A DNA stretch of 64,000 nucleotides from Bdellovibrionales bacterium (GCA_965262715.1 OZ253553.1:96001-160000), one strand, 5' to 3'; counted from the stretch's first letter, positions 22,203 through 32,883 are shown. Notes: generated by a model not told the origin, from the letters alone. A program made the numbers and translations.

Positions 22203-23825
22203 GTGATTACTATGAAAAAGTATATTTTATTCATAATTATTTTTCCATCAATAAGCTACAGCTCTGTAGATATGAGGCTGGCAAACTATTTTGATTCATG
22301 GACAGATTTAGAAATTCCAGGAACAGGTTATAATTTAAGAGTGACAAGGACTTATAATAGCCGATCTTTATTTAATGGGATGTTTGGATTTGGCTGGTGT
22401 TCTGCTTTTGAAACAAAATTTGAAACGCAGGCTGATGGAAGCATCAAGCTTAAAGAGTGTGGTGATGGCCGTACAACACTTTATGTGCTTAAAAACTTTT
22501 CTGGTCGAAACACAAATAAGGCTGTAGGTCAAATCATTAGTAAAGTGAGAAAAAGCAGATCATTACCTCAGGCACAGGTTAAAAAATTACGAGCGCAACT
22601 CTTATCAAATTCTCAAATGCGACAGAATTACGCAAGACGATACAAGGTTTCATCTCGGATCCAGCAAGGAAAGATCTATTATGCTCTAGGAAATTCAATT
22701 GAAACACTTGTGCAAAAGGGAGCTTATTATGAAAGGGTTCTACCAGATGGAACAAAACAGAGGTTTAATAAACAAGGTCGACTTGTCTATCTTTACGATG
22801 CAAATGGAAATTATATTCAACTACTTTATAAAAACTCTTTAATCACTATCATTAAAGATAACACAAATAGACAACTTGCTCTAACTTATGGTTCAAACCA
22901 AAAGATACATTCAATAAGAGGTCCTGGTCGAGTAAAAGTTAGTTATAAATATGCTAATAACAATTTAATTGGTGTCTCCTCTGCATGGGGTAATCGTTAT
23001 ACGTATCAATATGATAGACTTCATAATCTCGTAAGAACAACTTACCCTGATAAAACATTTAAAAAGATTACCTATAATGCAAATAAGGATTGGGTAACAA
23101 GTTTTAAAGGTAGGACAGGTTGTTTAGAAACTTATAAGTATGGCTTTTCACCTAAAAACCCTAAAAATCACTATTGGGCAGATGTGGTTAAGCAATGTAA
23201 GAAAAAGATTGTTACAAAAGCTCGTTTTGAATATTGGTACGAATCTCGTAAATTAACAGCAGGTAAGTTTTTAGCAAGGACTCGTTTCAAAATCAATGAT
23301 GATACAAATGATATCTTTTATTCTGAAAAGTTTGCTCGTCCTATAAAAAACGTGTTTAATGGACAACCTACAGTTTTTGCATATTATCCAAATGGACTTC
23401 TGAAAACACGTAAGTTTGGTAATCAGCTTGTCGCTTTTAAATATAACCCAAAATTTGGTAAACCCTCAGAGGTTACAGTTGGAAAAGACAAGACAGTATT
23501 TTCTTATGATAAAAAAGGAAATATGGTGGTTGCTAGAAGTACAAGTGGACAAAGAGTGAACTTAGTTTATGATAAAAAAGGACGTATTCTCTCTCTTTCT
23601 GATCAAGCAAAACGCCAAGTGAAAATTAGATATGATGAACGTTTTGGAAAACCTAAAAGAATAGAACGTCCTGGAGTAGGCACTCTACATATTGCCTACC
23701 TCCCCAACGGAGAAATCAAGGCTGTTAAAAATACAGGAGGGCCCATTGTGGCAAGACAAGTTGCCTCTACATTCAATAATCTACTAGATGTAGTCTCTCC
23801 TGCAGGTATTGAATTAAACTTGTAA
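22203..23825 (+). CDS. Secreted DUF6531 + YD/RHS-repeat protein (Bd0109-like)
   Basis: RTYNSRSLFNGMFGFGWCS; YDxxGxL repeats; position after tadA-tadB as in Bdellovibrio. Confidence 0.85.
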   Translation: MITMKKYILFIIIFPSISYSSVDMRLANYFDSWTDLEIPGTGYNLRVTRTYNSRSLFNGMFGFGWCSAFETKFETQADGSIKLKECGDGRTTLYVLKNFSGRNTNKAVGQIISKVRKSRSLPQAQVKKLRAQLLSNSQMRQNYARRYKVSSRIQQGKIYYALGNSIETLVQKGAYYERVLPDGTKQRFNKQGRLVYLYDANGNYIQLLYKNSLITIIKDNTNRQLALTYGSNQKIHSIRGPGRVKVSYKYANNNLIGVSSAWGNRYTYQYDRLHNLVRTTYPDKTFKKITYNANKDWVTSFKGRTGCLETYKYGFSPKNPKNHYWADVVKQCKKKIVTKARFEYWYESRKLTAGKFLARTRFKINDDTNDIFYSEKFARPIKNVFNGQPTVFAYYPNGLLKTRKFGNQLVAFKYNPKFGKPSEVTVGKDKTVFSYDKKGNMVVARSTSGQRVNLVYDKKGRILSLSDQAKRQVKIRYDERFGKPKRIERPGVGTLHIAYLPNGEIKAVKNTGGPIVARQVASTFNNLLDVVSPAGIELNL

Positions 23826-23897
23826 TGAGGTACTTTATAGTTAAAAAGTTATTATAATTAAGGATTAAGTTTAGGAATCAAAAAACGAGGAGTATTT

Positions 23898-24128
23898 GTG
23901 AGATTATTTTTATTATTATTTATTATTTTCAGTTTTAATCTTTTGTCCTCTCAAGGGTTTGCCCAAGAGCAATCAAATGATGGTAGAGAGCAAAGAAGTG
24001 AGTCTGATACTTCTGCTCAGTCAGAAGGAGACTGTAACAGTATAGACGATATTGAATTGGGCACTGCTACAGCAGCTCTCTCTAATGGACCTTCTAATAA
24101 TACACAAGGACAAGGAAGAATCGATTGA
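23898..24128 (+). CDS. Small secreted disordered protein, probable Bd0108 (hit locus) orthologue
   Basis: GAGGAG RBS + GTG; signal peptide; polar low-complexity mature region with GDC and a C-terminal GxGR; synteny with the RHS gene. Confidence 0.65.
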   Translation: MRLFLLLFIIFSFNLLSSQGFAQEQSNDGREQRSESDTSAQSEGDCNSIDDIELGTATAALSNGPSNNTQGQGRID

Positions 24129-24159
24129 TGATATTTTTATCATTATACAAAAGTTTTAA

Positions 24160-24609
24160 CTAACTTTTAGATGTTGAATTTTTAAGTTCTTCAAAAACAT
24201 CATCTTGTAGACTCATCATTTCTTCTGCTTTTTGTGGATCTGATTCATGCTCATAACCTAAAAGATGTAAAATACCATGTAAGATAAGATATCCCACTTC
24301 ATCAATAAAACCATGTTGGTTCCTATCAGCCTGTATTTGAACAACCTGTACAGCAAGAACAATTTCACCTAATGATGTGGGTTCTATTGGGTGAAAACTA
24401 AGCACATCAGTTGATCGATCCTTAAGACGAAATTCTTTATTGAGCTTATGAACCTCTTTCTCGTCTTTAAAAACAACAGTAAGGCTTTTTATTGATGGAG
24501 ATAGCATAATCTTCCTCTTTATTAAAAGATGAAGAATTTGATTTACCAAAGAGATAATTTTATCATCTTTAACGACAACCGGTGAATGATTGAGTATATT
24601 TATGTCCAT
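24160..24609 (-). CDS. ybeY: rRNA maturation endoribonuclease YbeY
   Basis: LNKEFRLKDRSTDVLSF, LGEIV, HGILHLLGYEH. Confidence 0.93.
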   Translation of the reverse strand: MDINILNHSPVVVKDDKIISLVNQILHLLIKRKIMLSPSIKSLTVVFKDEKEVHKLNKEFRLKDRSTDVLSFHPIEPTSLGEIVLAVQVVQIQADRNQHGFIDEVGYLILHGILHLLGYEHESDPQKAEEMMSLQDDVFEELKNSTSKS

Positions 24610-24836
24610 AAAACTTTTACCATATTTCCTTAAAACTTATGGTTGGTGCCAACAATAGATTTAACATTTTATCCAAAGTTTTCGACGTTAAAAAAAGAAT
24701 CTGCCTTGACTTAACCTTTAAAAAGGTTGTACTAGTAAACCATATTTTAGTAAACAGGGGCTTACAAAACTTATCTTCTTAAAATTTGTTTTTCTAAAAT
24801 ATAACGCAAACTGTAAAATCATCAAGGAAGGTTTTT

Positions 24837-25712
24837 ATGGCGAGTTTAAAAGACTTTAGAGATAAAATTGCTAGTACACAAAAGACAAAGCAGACGACCA
24901 AAGCAATGAAGATGGTTTCTGCTGCGAAGCTCCGTCGCTCTCAAGAAAACATCTTCAATGCGCGCCCTTATGCTAAAAAGCTTTTAGATGTAATATACAG
25001 AATGGCTATGAATACGACTATTTCTCACCCATTTTTGAAAAGAGATCATGCTTCTCATGAAAAGCCAAAATTATTGCTTGTTATAGTCACTAGTGATAGA
25101 GGGCTTTGTGGCGGATTTAATAACGCTATATGTAAATACACAGAAAAATTCTTAAAAGAAGAAAAAGACAGCTATGAAAAGATTGATTTTATTTTCATTG
25201 GCCGTAAAGGTGCTAATTACTTTAAGCGAAAGGGCTTTACTTCTCAAAAAGACATCTTAAATTTAGCTAGAAATATAAATTACCAACTAGCTGCTGACAT
25301 TTCTGAAAACATCTTAGAAGCATATTCTAGTCAGGAGTACACTCAAGTCCATTTGATCTACAATGAATTTAAGTCAGCCTTAGCTCAAGATGTTGTTGAT
25401 GAACAAATTCTACCAGTTCAAAAAGAAGATGTTGAAGATACCCATCAAAGTTTTTCAGGAGATTTCATTTTCGAACCCAAAATAGAGGATATTTTAGACA
25501 CTTTATTAAAAAAACATTTTGCGATTCAAATTTATCGATGCCTGCAAGAAAGTGTCGCTTCTGAACATGGAGCTCGAATGAGCGCAATGGAAAATGCCAC
25601 TAAAAATGCTGGAGAAGTAATATCCAGGCTATCTTTAGAGTATAACAAGGCTAGGCAAGCGAAAATCACAACAGAGCTTATTGAAATCACTAGTGGTGCA
25701 AATGCTTTATAA
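24837..25712 (+). CDS. atpG: ATP synthase F1 gamma subunit
   Basis: TKAMKMVSAAKLRR, SDRGLCGGFN, SEHGARMSAMENAT, YNKARQAKITTELIEI. Confidence 0.97.
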   Translation: MASLKDFRDKIASTQKTKQTTKAMKMVSAAKLRRSQENIFNARPYAKKLLDVIYRMAMNTTISHPFLKRDHASHEKPKLLLVIVTSDRGLCGGFNNAICKYTEKFLKEEKDSYEKIDFIFIGRKGANYFKRKGFTSQKDILNLARNINYQLAADISENILEAYSSQEYTQVHLIYNEFKSALAQDVVDEQILPVQKEDVEDTHQSFSGDFIFEPKIEDILDTLLKKHFAIQIYRCLQESVASEHGARMSAMENATKNAGEVISRLSLEYNKARQAKITTELIEITSGANAL

Positions 25713-26645
25713 GGCTTCTTGTCTAGTTGATGGTACAGAAGCATTTGCAAGTATTTGTATGTCATCCAGTACGCTTAAAAAATTGGAAGCTATTTGTATT
25801 AATGTAGAAGGCCTAATAATATCCTCTGGTAATAAAGCATTATCCTCAAGTATTGTGATACCTCTGTTAGAAAAAAGCTCATTTAAAAGAATATTATTAA
25901 GATTTGGATCGTCTATTATAGCTCTGAGTACAACATTAGTATTTGCATTCATAATAGCAAGGTTTCTTTCCTCATGACCTAAGCTAAGATCGCAATGACC
26001 TAATTGATGAAATAAAGTAATGTATTTATTTATATCTCTTAACGCCGATCTGTATTCATCAGAGAATCTTTCTGCTACTGACCTTACATATCTTTCTCTA
26101 AACCGGGCTTTTTCTTCTTCATCAGACATGCTTTTATAGTCTAGCCATAACTCTCTGAATGCATCTGGTAATTGATTTATTACCCCATTAGAATAATCAT
26201 CTAATAAGGAAAACATGCTATCTATTTCTGATGGAAGAGGGTTAAACCAAGCATTTTCTTCTATAAATATAAAATTAAAACCTGGAAAACTCACTCCGCT
26301 TCTTATTCGATCTTCATGATCTACTGGAAGTTTTGATCTGTCATAAAAAAAGATTCTAATATGAGGATTTATAGGTGAGCTTTTTGCAGCTTCATATTCT
26401 GCAATATAAGGTAGAAAGTCATCATGAGTTTCCCTTTGTTGTAAGTTTCTTATTAAATCTGAGTATTCTATAAGTAGACTTCTCATAGTTGGTAGAACAA
26501 ATCTCCAGCTAGGATATTGGGAATAGTGTTGGATGATTGGTTCTAAATGTGTATCGTCTGGATAAGGCTGCTGAGCTGATGCGCTTTCCAACAATCCTAG
26601 GGTGGTAAAAAGACAAAAATAAATCAATGAGTTTTTGTATAACAA
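25707..26645 (-). CDS. Secreted zincin-like protein with an HQxxHxxxxxH variant motif
   Basis: Signal peptide; TLFHQLGHCDLSLGH followed by a Met-turn-like AIMN. Confidence 0.6.
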   Translation of the reverse strand: MLYKNSLIYFCLFTTLGLLESASAQQPYPDDTHLEPIIQHYSQYPSWRFVLPTMRSLLIEYSDLIRNLQQRETHDDFLPYIAEYEAAKSSPINPHIRIFFYDRSKLPVDHEDRIRSGVSFPGFNFIFIEENAWFNPLPSEIDSMFSLLDDYSNGVINQLPDAFRELWLDYKSMSDEEEKARFRERYVRSVAERFSDEYRSALRDINKYITLFHQLGHCDLSLGHEERNLAIMNANTNVVLRAIIDDPNLNNILLNELFSNRGITILEDNALLPEDIIRPSTLIQIASNFLSVLDDIQILANASVPSTRQEAL

Positions 26646-26826
26646 CTTTGCAGTCCTAAAAATTTGTATCTATGTAAGGGGATCTTTTAGAGGTCATTGA
26701 TTGTAAATTTAATTTACTCTTAATATAGTATAGCATTATTTAATGACAATCATGTCAATGATTTATATTGACATCCTTTTCTAAAAATATATTTGATATA
26801 AAAAAAAGCAGTTTAGTTTAAGAAAG

Positions 26827-27615
26827 GTGGTTTTAAAAATGAATAGAAATTCTGCATTGATTACGGGGGCTACAAGTGGTTTTGGCAGAGCCACTGCCTG
26901 TCTTTTAGCTCAGAAGAAATATAATCTTTTTATTACAGGACGTAGACAAAAAAGACTTAAGGACTTAAGTCAAGAGCTTTCTAAGAAACATAACATAGAG
27001 TGCACACCTCTTTGCTTTGATGTGTCTTCTCGAGAACAATCAGAATCTACGGTGAAAGATCACAAAGATCAACTCAATGGATTAAATGTATTGGTTAATA
27101 ATGCAGGGCTTGCTTGTGGAGTAGAGAAAGTGGATGAAGCCCATCTGGACGATTGGGATGTTATGGTCAACACCAATATTTTGGGCTTGATGTATATGAC
27201 ACGTCTTCTATTGCCATTCTTAAAAAAGTCGAGCTGGGGACATATTGTCAATGTAGGAAGTGTAGCAGGTCGTTGGAGTTATCCTGGAGGTTCAGTATAC
27301 TGTGCAACTAAGTTTGCAGTTCGAGGATTCAGTGAGTGTATACGTTGGGATTTAGATGGCTCTCGTATTCGTGTCACCAATATTGAGCCTGGGAGAGCGG
27401 AGACAGAGTTTAGTTTAACTCGTTATAAAGGTGATGTAGAAAAGGCCCGCAGTATTTACAAAGATAACCATCCTATTACAAGTGAAGATATTGCAGAGAC
27501 TATTTTGTGGTGTTTAAATCGTCCTCAACATGTAAACATTCAAGAAATCGTGATTTTTCCTACTGATCAACCAGGAGTTCCTGCTCTTTCTAAAGCAGTA
27601 AATAAAAAAACCTAA
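26827..27615 (+). CDS. SDR family NADP-dependent oxidoreductase (YdfG-like)
   Basis: TGATSGFG, NNAG, YCATK, IEPG, RPQHVNI. Confidence 0.9.
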   Translation: MVLKMNRNSALITGATSGFGRATACLLAQKKYNLFITGRRQKRLKDLSQELSKKHNIECTPLCFDVSSREQSESTVKDHKDQLNGLNVLVNNAGLACGVEKVDEAHLDDWDVMVNTNILGLMYMTRLLLPFLKKSSWGHIVNVGSVAGRWSYPGGSVYCATKFAVRGFSECIRWDLDGSRIRVTNIEPGRAETEFSLTRYKGDVEKARSIYKDNHPITSEDIAETILWCLNRPQHVNIQEIVIFPTDQPGVPALSKAVNKKT

Positions 27616-27733
27616 ACCAAGTCGTTTATCAAAAATTACCTTAAAGAGTCTAAGTTTTATTGGAAATAAAAAAGAAAAATCATCTGTGCTAAAATATGGA
27701 TAAAAAAACAAATATTTGAATTTACAATAACTT

Positions 27734-28483
27734 ATGGATAACGCATCTATTTTAATCAAAAGAAGGCCTTACATTCGATCAATGAAGTTGCACGTTATTT
27801 CCAGTGGAACTATTATTTGTCATGCCAATCAAAGCGCAAAAATATCTGATATCAATACCTTCGTATCTTCCAATAATATATGGATACAAAAACAAATGAA
27901 TAAATTAAAAAATTTAGCTAAAAAGTATCCTAATATATATTGGCATCCAAATATCCAAGTACCTTTTTTGGGACAATTCAAACCTTTAAAGACTTCTTTT
28001 GGAAGTTCTAAGAAAATTGTAGTTCACAAAGATATTATTGAAATTCATTTACCTCATTCTAAGGTTTCACAAACAGAATGGTCAGAGATTTTTAAGCAAC
28101 ATTATAAAAAATTAGGAATACATTTATTGCAATTAAGATTAAAAAGATGGTCTGATAAGATGTCTTTATTTCCTCAAAAAGTGACATTTAGAAAATATAA
28201 ATCTCAATGGGGAAGTTGCTCTCAAGATGGAAGTATTTGCTTAAACTGGAAACTTATTATAGCACATCCTTGTGTTATAGATTATGTGATTATTCATGAG
28301 CTATCTCATTTGAAACATCATAATCATTCTAAATTATTCTGGAATCTCGTTGATAAATATTCTGATCGGACCAAGGAGTGTCGCAAGTGGTTGAAAAACA
28401 ATCAATTTGCATTTGACTTTTTAGAGGATACCCCTGAACTTCATGCATCACCTTACTACAAATCCTCTGATAAAAATTTGTAA
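27734..28483 (+). CDS. YgjP/DUF45 zinc metallohydrolase
   Basis: WGSCS, LNWKL, DYVIIHELSHLKHHNHSKLFW. Confidence 0.88.
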   Translation: MDNASILIKRRPYIRSMKLHVISSGTIICHANQSAKISDINTFVSSNNIWIQKQMNKLKNLAKKYPNIYWHPNIQVPFLGQFKPLKTSFGSSKKIVVHKDIIEIHLPHSKVSQTEWSEIFKQHYKKLGIHLLQLRLKRWSDKMSLFPQKVTFRKYKSQWGSCSQDGSICLNWKLIIAHPCVIDYVIIHELSHLKHHNHSKLFWNLVDKYSDRTKECRKWLKNNQFAFDFLEDTPELHASPYYKSSDKNL

Positions 28484-28531
28484 ACTTTTTTTATGACTCA
28501 ATTTTTATCAGACAGAATTCATGTATTCAAC

Positions 28532-28606
28532 GACTTTATTGCATAAACATCGGTTGTAATTTCTTATATATACTCATTGGTCATTAAGTATTTGTGCAAC
28601 AAGACC
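28532..28606. mobile_element. 75-bp mini-MITE with IS903-type ends (family C)
   Basis: gactttattgcataaa...tttgtgcaacaagacc. The flanks gtattcaac / atattcaaa match at 7/9 positions, consistent with a decayed 9-bp TSD. Confidence 0.6.
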
Positions 28607-28818
28607 ATATTCAAACATAGTAATGGCTTAGGCCTGAATTTTTCTCATATTTAAGGCCTTCTATAGCTTACAGACTTGACTTACTATTTTAATCAAGTTA
28701 TAAATTCAATATCATAATGTCAAAATATCAAGTGAATATAAAAAATTTCAATACAATACAATTATGCGAATATTCATTCATATCTTTCTAAATCATCTTA
28801 AGTCTTATAGGTAAAGAC

Positions 28819-29745
28819 ATGTTTTTAAAAAGTAAAAACTCATCTAACACATCTAAAAAATCTTCTGACTTATCTTTTTCTGAAGATTTTTTAAAGCAAG
28901 TAAGATTATTAGAAATCAATACTAAAAGGATTGTGAGCTCATTATTTGCTGGAGAATACCAAACAGCATTTAAAGGGCAAGGGATGACCTTTGCTGAGTT
29001 TAGAGAATATGTCCCAGGAGATGATGTTCGTCATATCAGTTGGAGCCTTACAGCTAAAACAGGCAAGCCATATATTAAAACTTATGATGAAGAAAGAGAG
29101 CTAACTATGATATTAGTTATAGATGTGAGTGGTTCATCCGACTATGGGACTGGTTTTTATCTCAAAAAAGACATTATTACACAGCTTTCTGCTCTTCTTG
29201 CCTTTACGGCTATCAAAAATAAAGACCGTGTTGGGTTGCTTCTATTTTCAAACCAAGTAGAACACTTTGTACCTCCTAAAAAGAATCGCAAGTCAATTTA
29301 TCGAATTTTACATGACATTCTTTACTTTAAGCCTCAAAAAAAAGGAACTCATCTGACAGAATGTTTTGAGCATTTAATGAATGTCTTGAAAAAAAAATCA
29401 TCCTTATTTATTTTCTCTGATTTTTTAGATAAAGGCTTTGAAAAAAGCCTACGCCAATTAGCTCAAAAACATGATGTGGTAGCTTTACAAATAACAGATC
29501 CAACAGAAATAAACCTACCTCGAACAGGAATTACTCACCTACAAGACCCTGAAACAGATCAAGTGATCACAGTAGATACATCTGATCCTATTGTAAGGAG
29601 AACCTATCACAAGGAAGCTTTAAGCTTCAAAAACACACAATTAAAAACTCTTAAGCAAGCTAAAGTTGACGTGGTAGAAATCATTTCAGACAAAGATTTT
29701 GTTGCTCCATTAGTTGCTTATTTCAAAAGGAGATATAGGAGATAG
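28819..29745 (+). CDS. DUF58 domain protein (MoxR/Bat cluster)
   Basis: FKGQGMTFAEFREYVPGDDVRHISW, DVSGS, SDF. Confidence 0.92.
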   Translation: MFLKSKNSSNTSKKSSDLSFSEDFLKQVRLLEINTKRIVSSLFAGEYQTAFKGQGMTFAEFREYVPGDDVRHISWSLTAKTGKPYIKTYDEERELTMILVIDVSGSSDYGTGFYLKKDIITQLSALLAFTAIKNKDRVGLLLFSNQVEHFVPPKKNRKSIYRILHDILYFKPQKKGTHLTECFEHLMNVLKKKSSLFIFSDFLDKGFEKSLRQLAQKHDVVALQITDPTEINLPRTGITHLQDPETDQVITVDTSDPIVRRTYHKEALSFKNTQLKTLKQAKVDVVEIISDKDFVAPLVAYFKRRYRR

Positions 29746-29751
29746 AAATAT

Positions 29752-30744
29752 ATGGCAGAGCAAGTTTGGAATTGCCAAGTTTCTCGTAAAGCTAAAGAAG
29801 CTTTTCAAGATTTCATTAACGATTTAACTGTAGGCGAAAAATTCTATCTACAATGTCAAAATGCAGCAAGTATAAAAGATCATACAAAATCAAATCATAA
29901 AAATAACTTATCCTCCAAAGATATTCAACAAAATATGATTATTTTTTTCAAGCCACATACATGGCCACAATATGTGCTGAAACCTTTAAAAACTCTATCT
30001 GTATCTGATAATCACATTCTACTAGAGGTCACATCTTATACTCCTGGAAAATATAATACTCACCAAGGGTTATTTTTACAAAAAGCAGAGGATATCATTG
30101 CGCTTGAGGGATTTTCATGGCATATAAAATCTTCTCTTCCACAAGATTCACAGCAACAAATAGCTCAAATACAGCCTCATCCTATTCAGGGTTTTATAAA
30201 AATACCTTCACCTTATTTAGAAATAGCTTTTTGGATGACTGGCTTTTTAGCATTTTTAATCACTGTGATTTTTATATTTAGAAAAATTAAAAAACGAAAA
30301 GATGAATTCAGTGATATCAAAAATCTTAAAACGCTAAGGAGTCCTCTTTATGAATTTTACCATAACGTAAAAAGAATAGAGAGAAAATATCTAAGCCTCT
30401 CTAATAGATTAGATGATGAAGAAAAAGACAAGCCCTCTCAAAAAGACTCTCAAGAAGCTTTACGGTTTTTTTATAGAGACTTAAATCATACTTTCCGAAA
30501 GTTTTTAGCAGTGCAACTAGAGTTTCCAGCTCATATTTGGTCATCCCAAAAATCTTTAAGATATCTTAAAAAGCAATATTCTGATGCAGAAATCTTCAAG
30601 CGTATTAAAAGTACATTATATGAGTTAAATCAAATGGCATCCTCAAAAGGTCTTATCTCAGAGGAAGATTGTCATCAAAATCTATCCTTCTGCAAAGACG
30701 TAGCTAATCAGATAGTGCATTTACAAAAAAAGAAGGACTTCTGA
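29752..30744 (+). CDS. Membrane-anchored hypothetical protein of the Bat cluster
   Basis: Single central TM helix; lies between DUF58 and batA. Confidence 0.7.
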   Translation: MAEQVWNCQVSRKAKEAFQDFINDLTVGEKFYLQCQNAASIKDHTKSNHKNNLSSKDIQQNMIIFFKPHTWPQYVLKPLKTLSVSDNHILLEVTSYTPGKYNTHQGLFLQKAEDIIALEGFSWHIKSSLPQDSQQQIAQIQPHPIQGFIKIPSPYLEIAFWMTGFLAFLITVIFIFRKIKKRKDEFSDIKNLKTLRSPLYEFYHNVKRIERKYLSLSNRLDDEEKDKPSQKDSQEALRFFYRDLNHTFRKFLAVQLEFPAHIWSSQKSLRYLKKQYSDAEIFKRIKSTLYELNQMASSKGLISEEDCHQNLSFCKDVANQIVHLQKKKDF

Positions 30745-31748
30745 TGGAATGGTTTTCTCCTATTTGGTTTTTAGCTTTTATTCCCTTAATATGTCTTATT
30801 TTATTTTTATTTTACAAAAGAAAAAAGCAAAAAGCGACCTTACAATATAGCTACATAAGCCTTTTCAAAAATATCCCAAAAGGATTCCGTTCATACTTAT
30901 CAGGGTTATTTTTAGTTTTAAAAATTTTTTCTATGATTCTTATTATCCTAGCTCTTGCTAGACCCAGAGCCAGTGATATACGTACTTTAAGAGATGTCGA
31001 TGGCATTGATATCATGATTGTCCTAGATATTTCTGACTCTATGTTGATTGAAGATATGAGCTTAGATAGCCGATTAGAATCTGCAAAGAAAACTATTGAA
31101 GAATTTGTTCAAAATAGATCTTTTGATCGTATAGGCCTTGTGCTTTTTTCAGGCGAAGCCTTTACTCAAGTCCCTTTAACCCTAGATTATTCTGTTTTTC
31201 TAGACAGACTTAGAGAAGTTCAAACCATTCCACTCATCAAAAAAGGAACAGCTATTGGGGTTGCTCTAGCAAATGGAGTAGGACGACTTAGAACTTCTAA
31301 AGCTAAAAGCCGTGTAGTGATCTTGTTGACCGATGGAGAAAACAATAGTGGAACTATTGACCCTCAAACAGCACTTGACTTAGCGAAAGGCTATGGTTTG
31401 CGCATTTATACAATTGGAATTGGAAAAGATGGAATGGCTCAAATCCCTGTTTACTTTAGGGACATTTTTGGAAATAAACGTAAAAGTTATCAATCCATTT
31501 ACAGTAAAATCAATGATCAACTCTTAAACCATTTGGCTTCAGAAACAAATGGCAAATACTTTAGAGCAACTGAAGGTTTAGAACTCCAAGACATTTTTTC
31601 TGAAATCAACTCATTAGAAAAGTCAAAGATAGAAACCTCACAATTCAATCGTTATCAAGAACTATTTCAGCTATTCCTTAAATGGGCATTGTTGTTGTTT
31701 ATGTCATCACTTATTTTGAAACATATCTTATTGAGGACATACCCATGA
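30744..31748 (+). CDS. batA: BatA-like vWA domain protein
   Basis: ALARP, DISDSM MIDAS, GTAIG, LLTDGENN, N- and C-terminal TM. Confidence 0.88.
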   Translation: MEWFSPIWFLAFIPLICLILFLFYKRKKQKATLQYSYISLFKNIPKGFRSYLSGLFLVLKIFSMILIILALARPRASDIRTLRDVDGIDIMIVLDISDSMLIEDMSLDSRLESAKKTIEEFVQNRSFDRIGLVLFSGEAFTQVPLTLDYSVFLDRLREVQTIPLIKKGTAIGVALANGVGRLRTSKAKSRVVILLTDGENNSGTIDPQTALDLAKGYGLRIYTIGIGKDGMAQIPVYFRDIFGNKRKSYQSIYSKINDQLLNHLASETNGKYFRATEGLELQDIFSEINSLEKSKIETSQFNRYQELFQLFLKWALLLFMSSLILKHILLRTYP

Positions 31749-32773
31749 GCTTTCGATTTGAACACTTAGAAGCTTTTTATTATCTTTGGTTTCTTTTAGG
31801 CTTTATACCTCTGCTTTTGATTTTGAGATATAAGAAACAAAAAGACGTAAAAGCTCTTTTTGGAAAAACATTGCCTTTTTTAACAAGAACAACTTCTTTG
31901 ACAAAGCAAAACATCAAATGGATATTAGAGTGCTTTATTTTTATTTTACTTGTAGTCTCTTATGCAAGACCTCAATTTGGAGAAGATATTCAAAAAATTC
32001 AAAGATCAGGAATTGAGATGGTCTTTGTCATTGACACTTCATTGAGCATGTTGACCGAGGATATTAAGCCAAACAGATTAGATCTCGCCAAAAAAACCTT
32101 AAAGAGAATCTTAGATCAATCTGTAGGTCATAAAATAGGTCTTGTAGCTTTTGCAGGTTCAGCAGCTTTGATTTCTCCAATCACTTCTGACTACTCAGCT
32201 CTTAATATATATATAGATGCCATTTCAACTTCTTTAATTCAAAAACAAGGCACTTATTTTACTCAAGCCCTCCTTACAGCATCTGATAGCTTTAAAAGGA
32301 TTCAAGAAGAAACCCAAGATTCAAATTCCAGTCAAGTTATCATTATCATTTCTGATGGAGAAGATAATGAACCTGGGGCCTTAGAAGTAGCTAGAAAATT
32401 AACTAATGAAGGACTTCATATCTACACAATGGCAATTGGCACAAAAAAAGGAGCTCCTATACCTCTTAGAGATGATTTAGGTCAAATTCAAGATTACAAG
32501 AGAGATAAATCAGACAATATTGTTTTATCCCGCGTCCAAGATAAGTTATTAAGAGATATGGCAAGAATAGGAAAAGGTCAATTTGCTTATGCTAGTGTTG
32601 GAGGTAATGAAGTGAAATTACTGATTGATGATTTGAATCAACTAGAAAAAAGAAAGTTTGAAGAAGATCAATTTGTAAATCATCAAGAGCAATTTCAAAT
32701 TATTTTAGCATTAGCTCTTTTATTGATGTTTGTAGAAATATTGTTGTCTGAAAGAATTAAGCACAAAAAATGA
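31745..32773 (+). CDS. batB: BatB-like vWA domain protein
   Basis: ATG at 31745 overlaps the batA stop; ARPQFG, DTSLSM, ISDGED, GAPIP. Confidence 0.85.
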   Translation: MSFRFEHLEAFYYLWFLLGFIPLLLILRYKKQKDVKALFGKTLPFLTRTTSLTKQNIKWILECFIFILLVVSYARPQFGEDIQKIQRSGIEMVFVIDTSLSMLTEDIKPNRLDLAKKTLKRILDQSVGHKIGLVAFAGSAALISPITSDYSALNIYIDAISTSLIQKQGTYFTQALLTASDSFKRIQEETQDSNSSQVIIIISDGEDNEPGALEVARKLTNEGLHIYTMAIGTKKGAPIPLRDDLGQIQDYKRDKSDNIVLSRVQDKLLRDMARIGKGQFAYASVGGNEVKLLIDDLNQLEKRKFEEDQFVNHQEQFQIILALALLLMFVEILLSERIKHKK

Positions 32774-32883
32774 GATTAAATAGCAGTTTTTTGTGTTAAT
32801 TGATCTTACGCAATTTTTAAATTTTAAGAGATCTGTTATTTATTACCTAAGTTACACCATTGTTTAATATCTATCTTTTGAAA

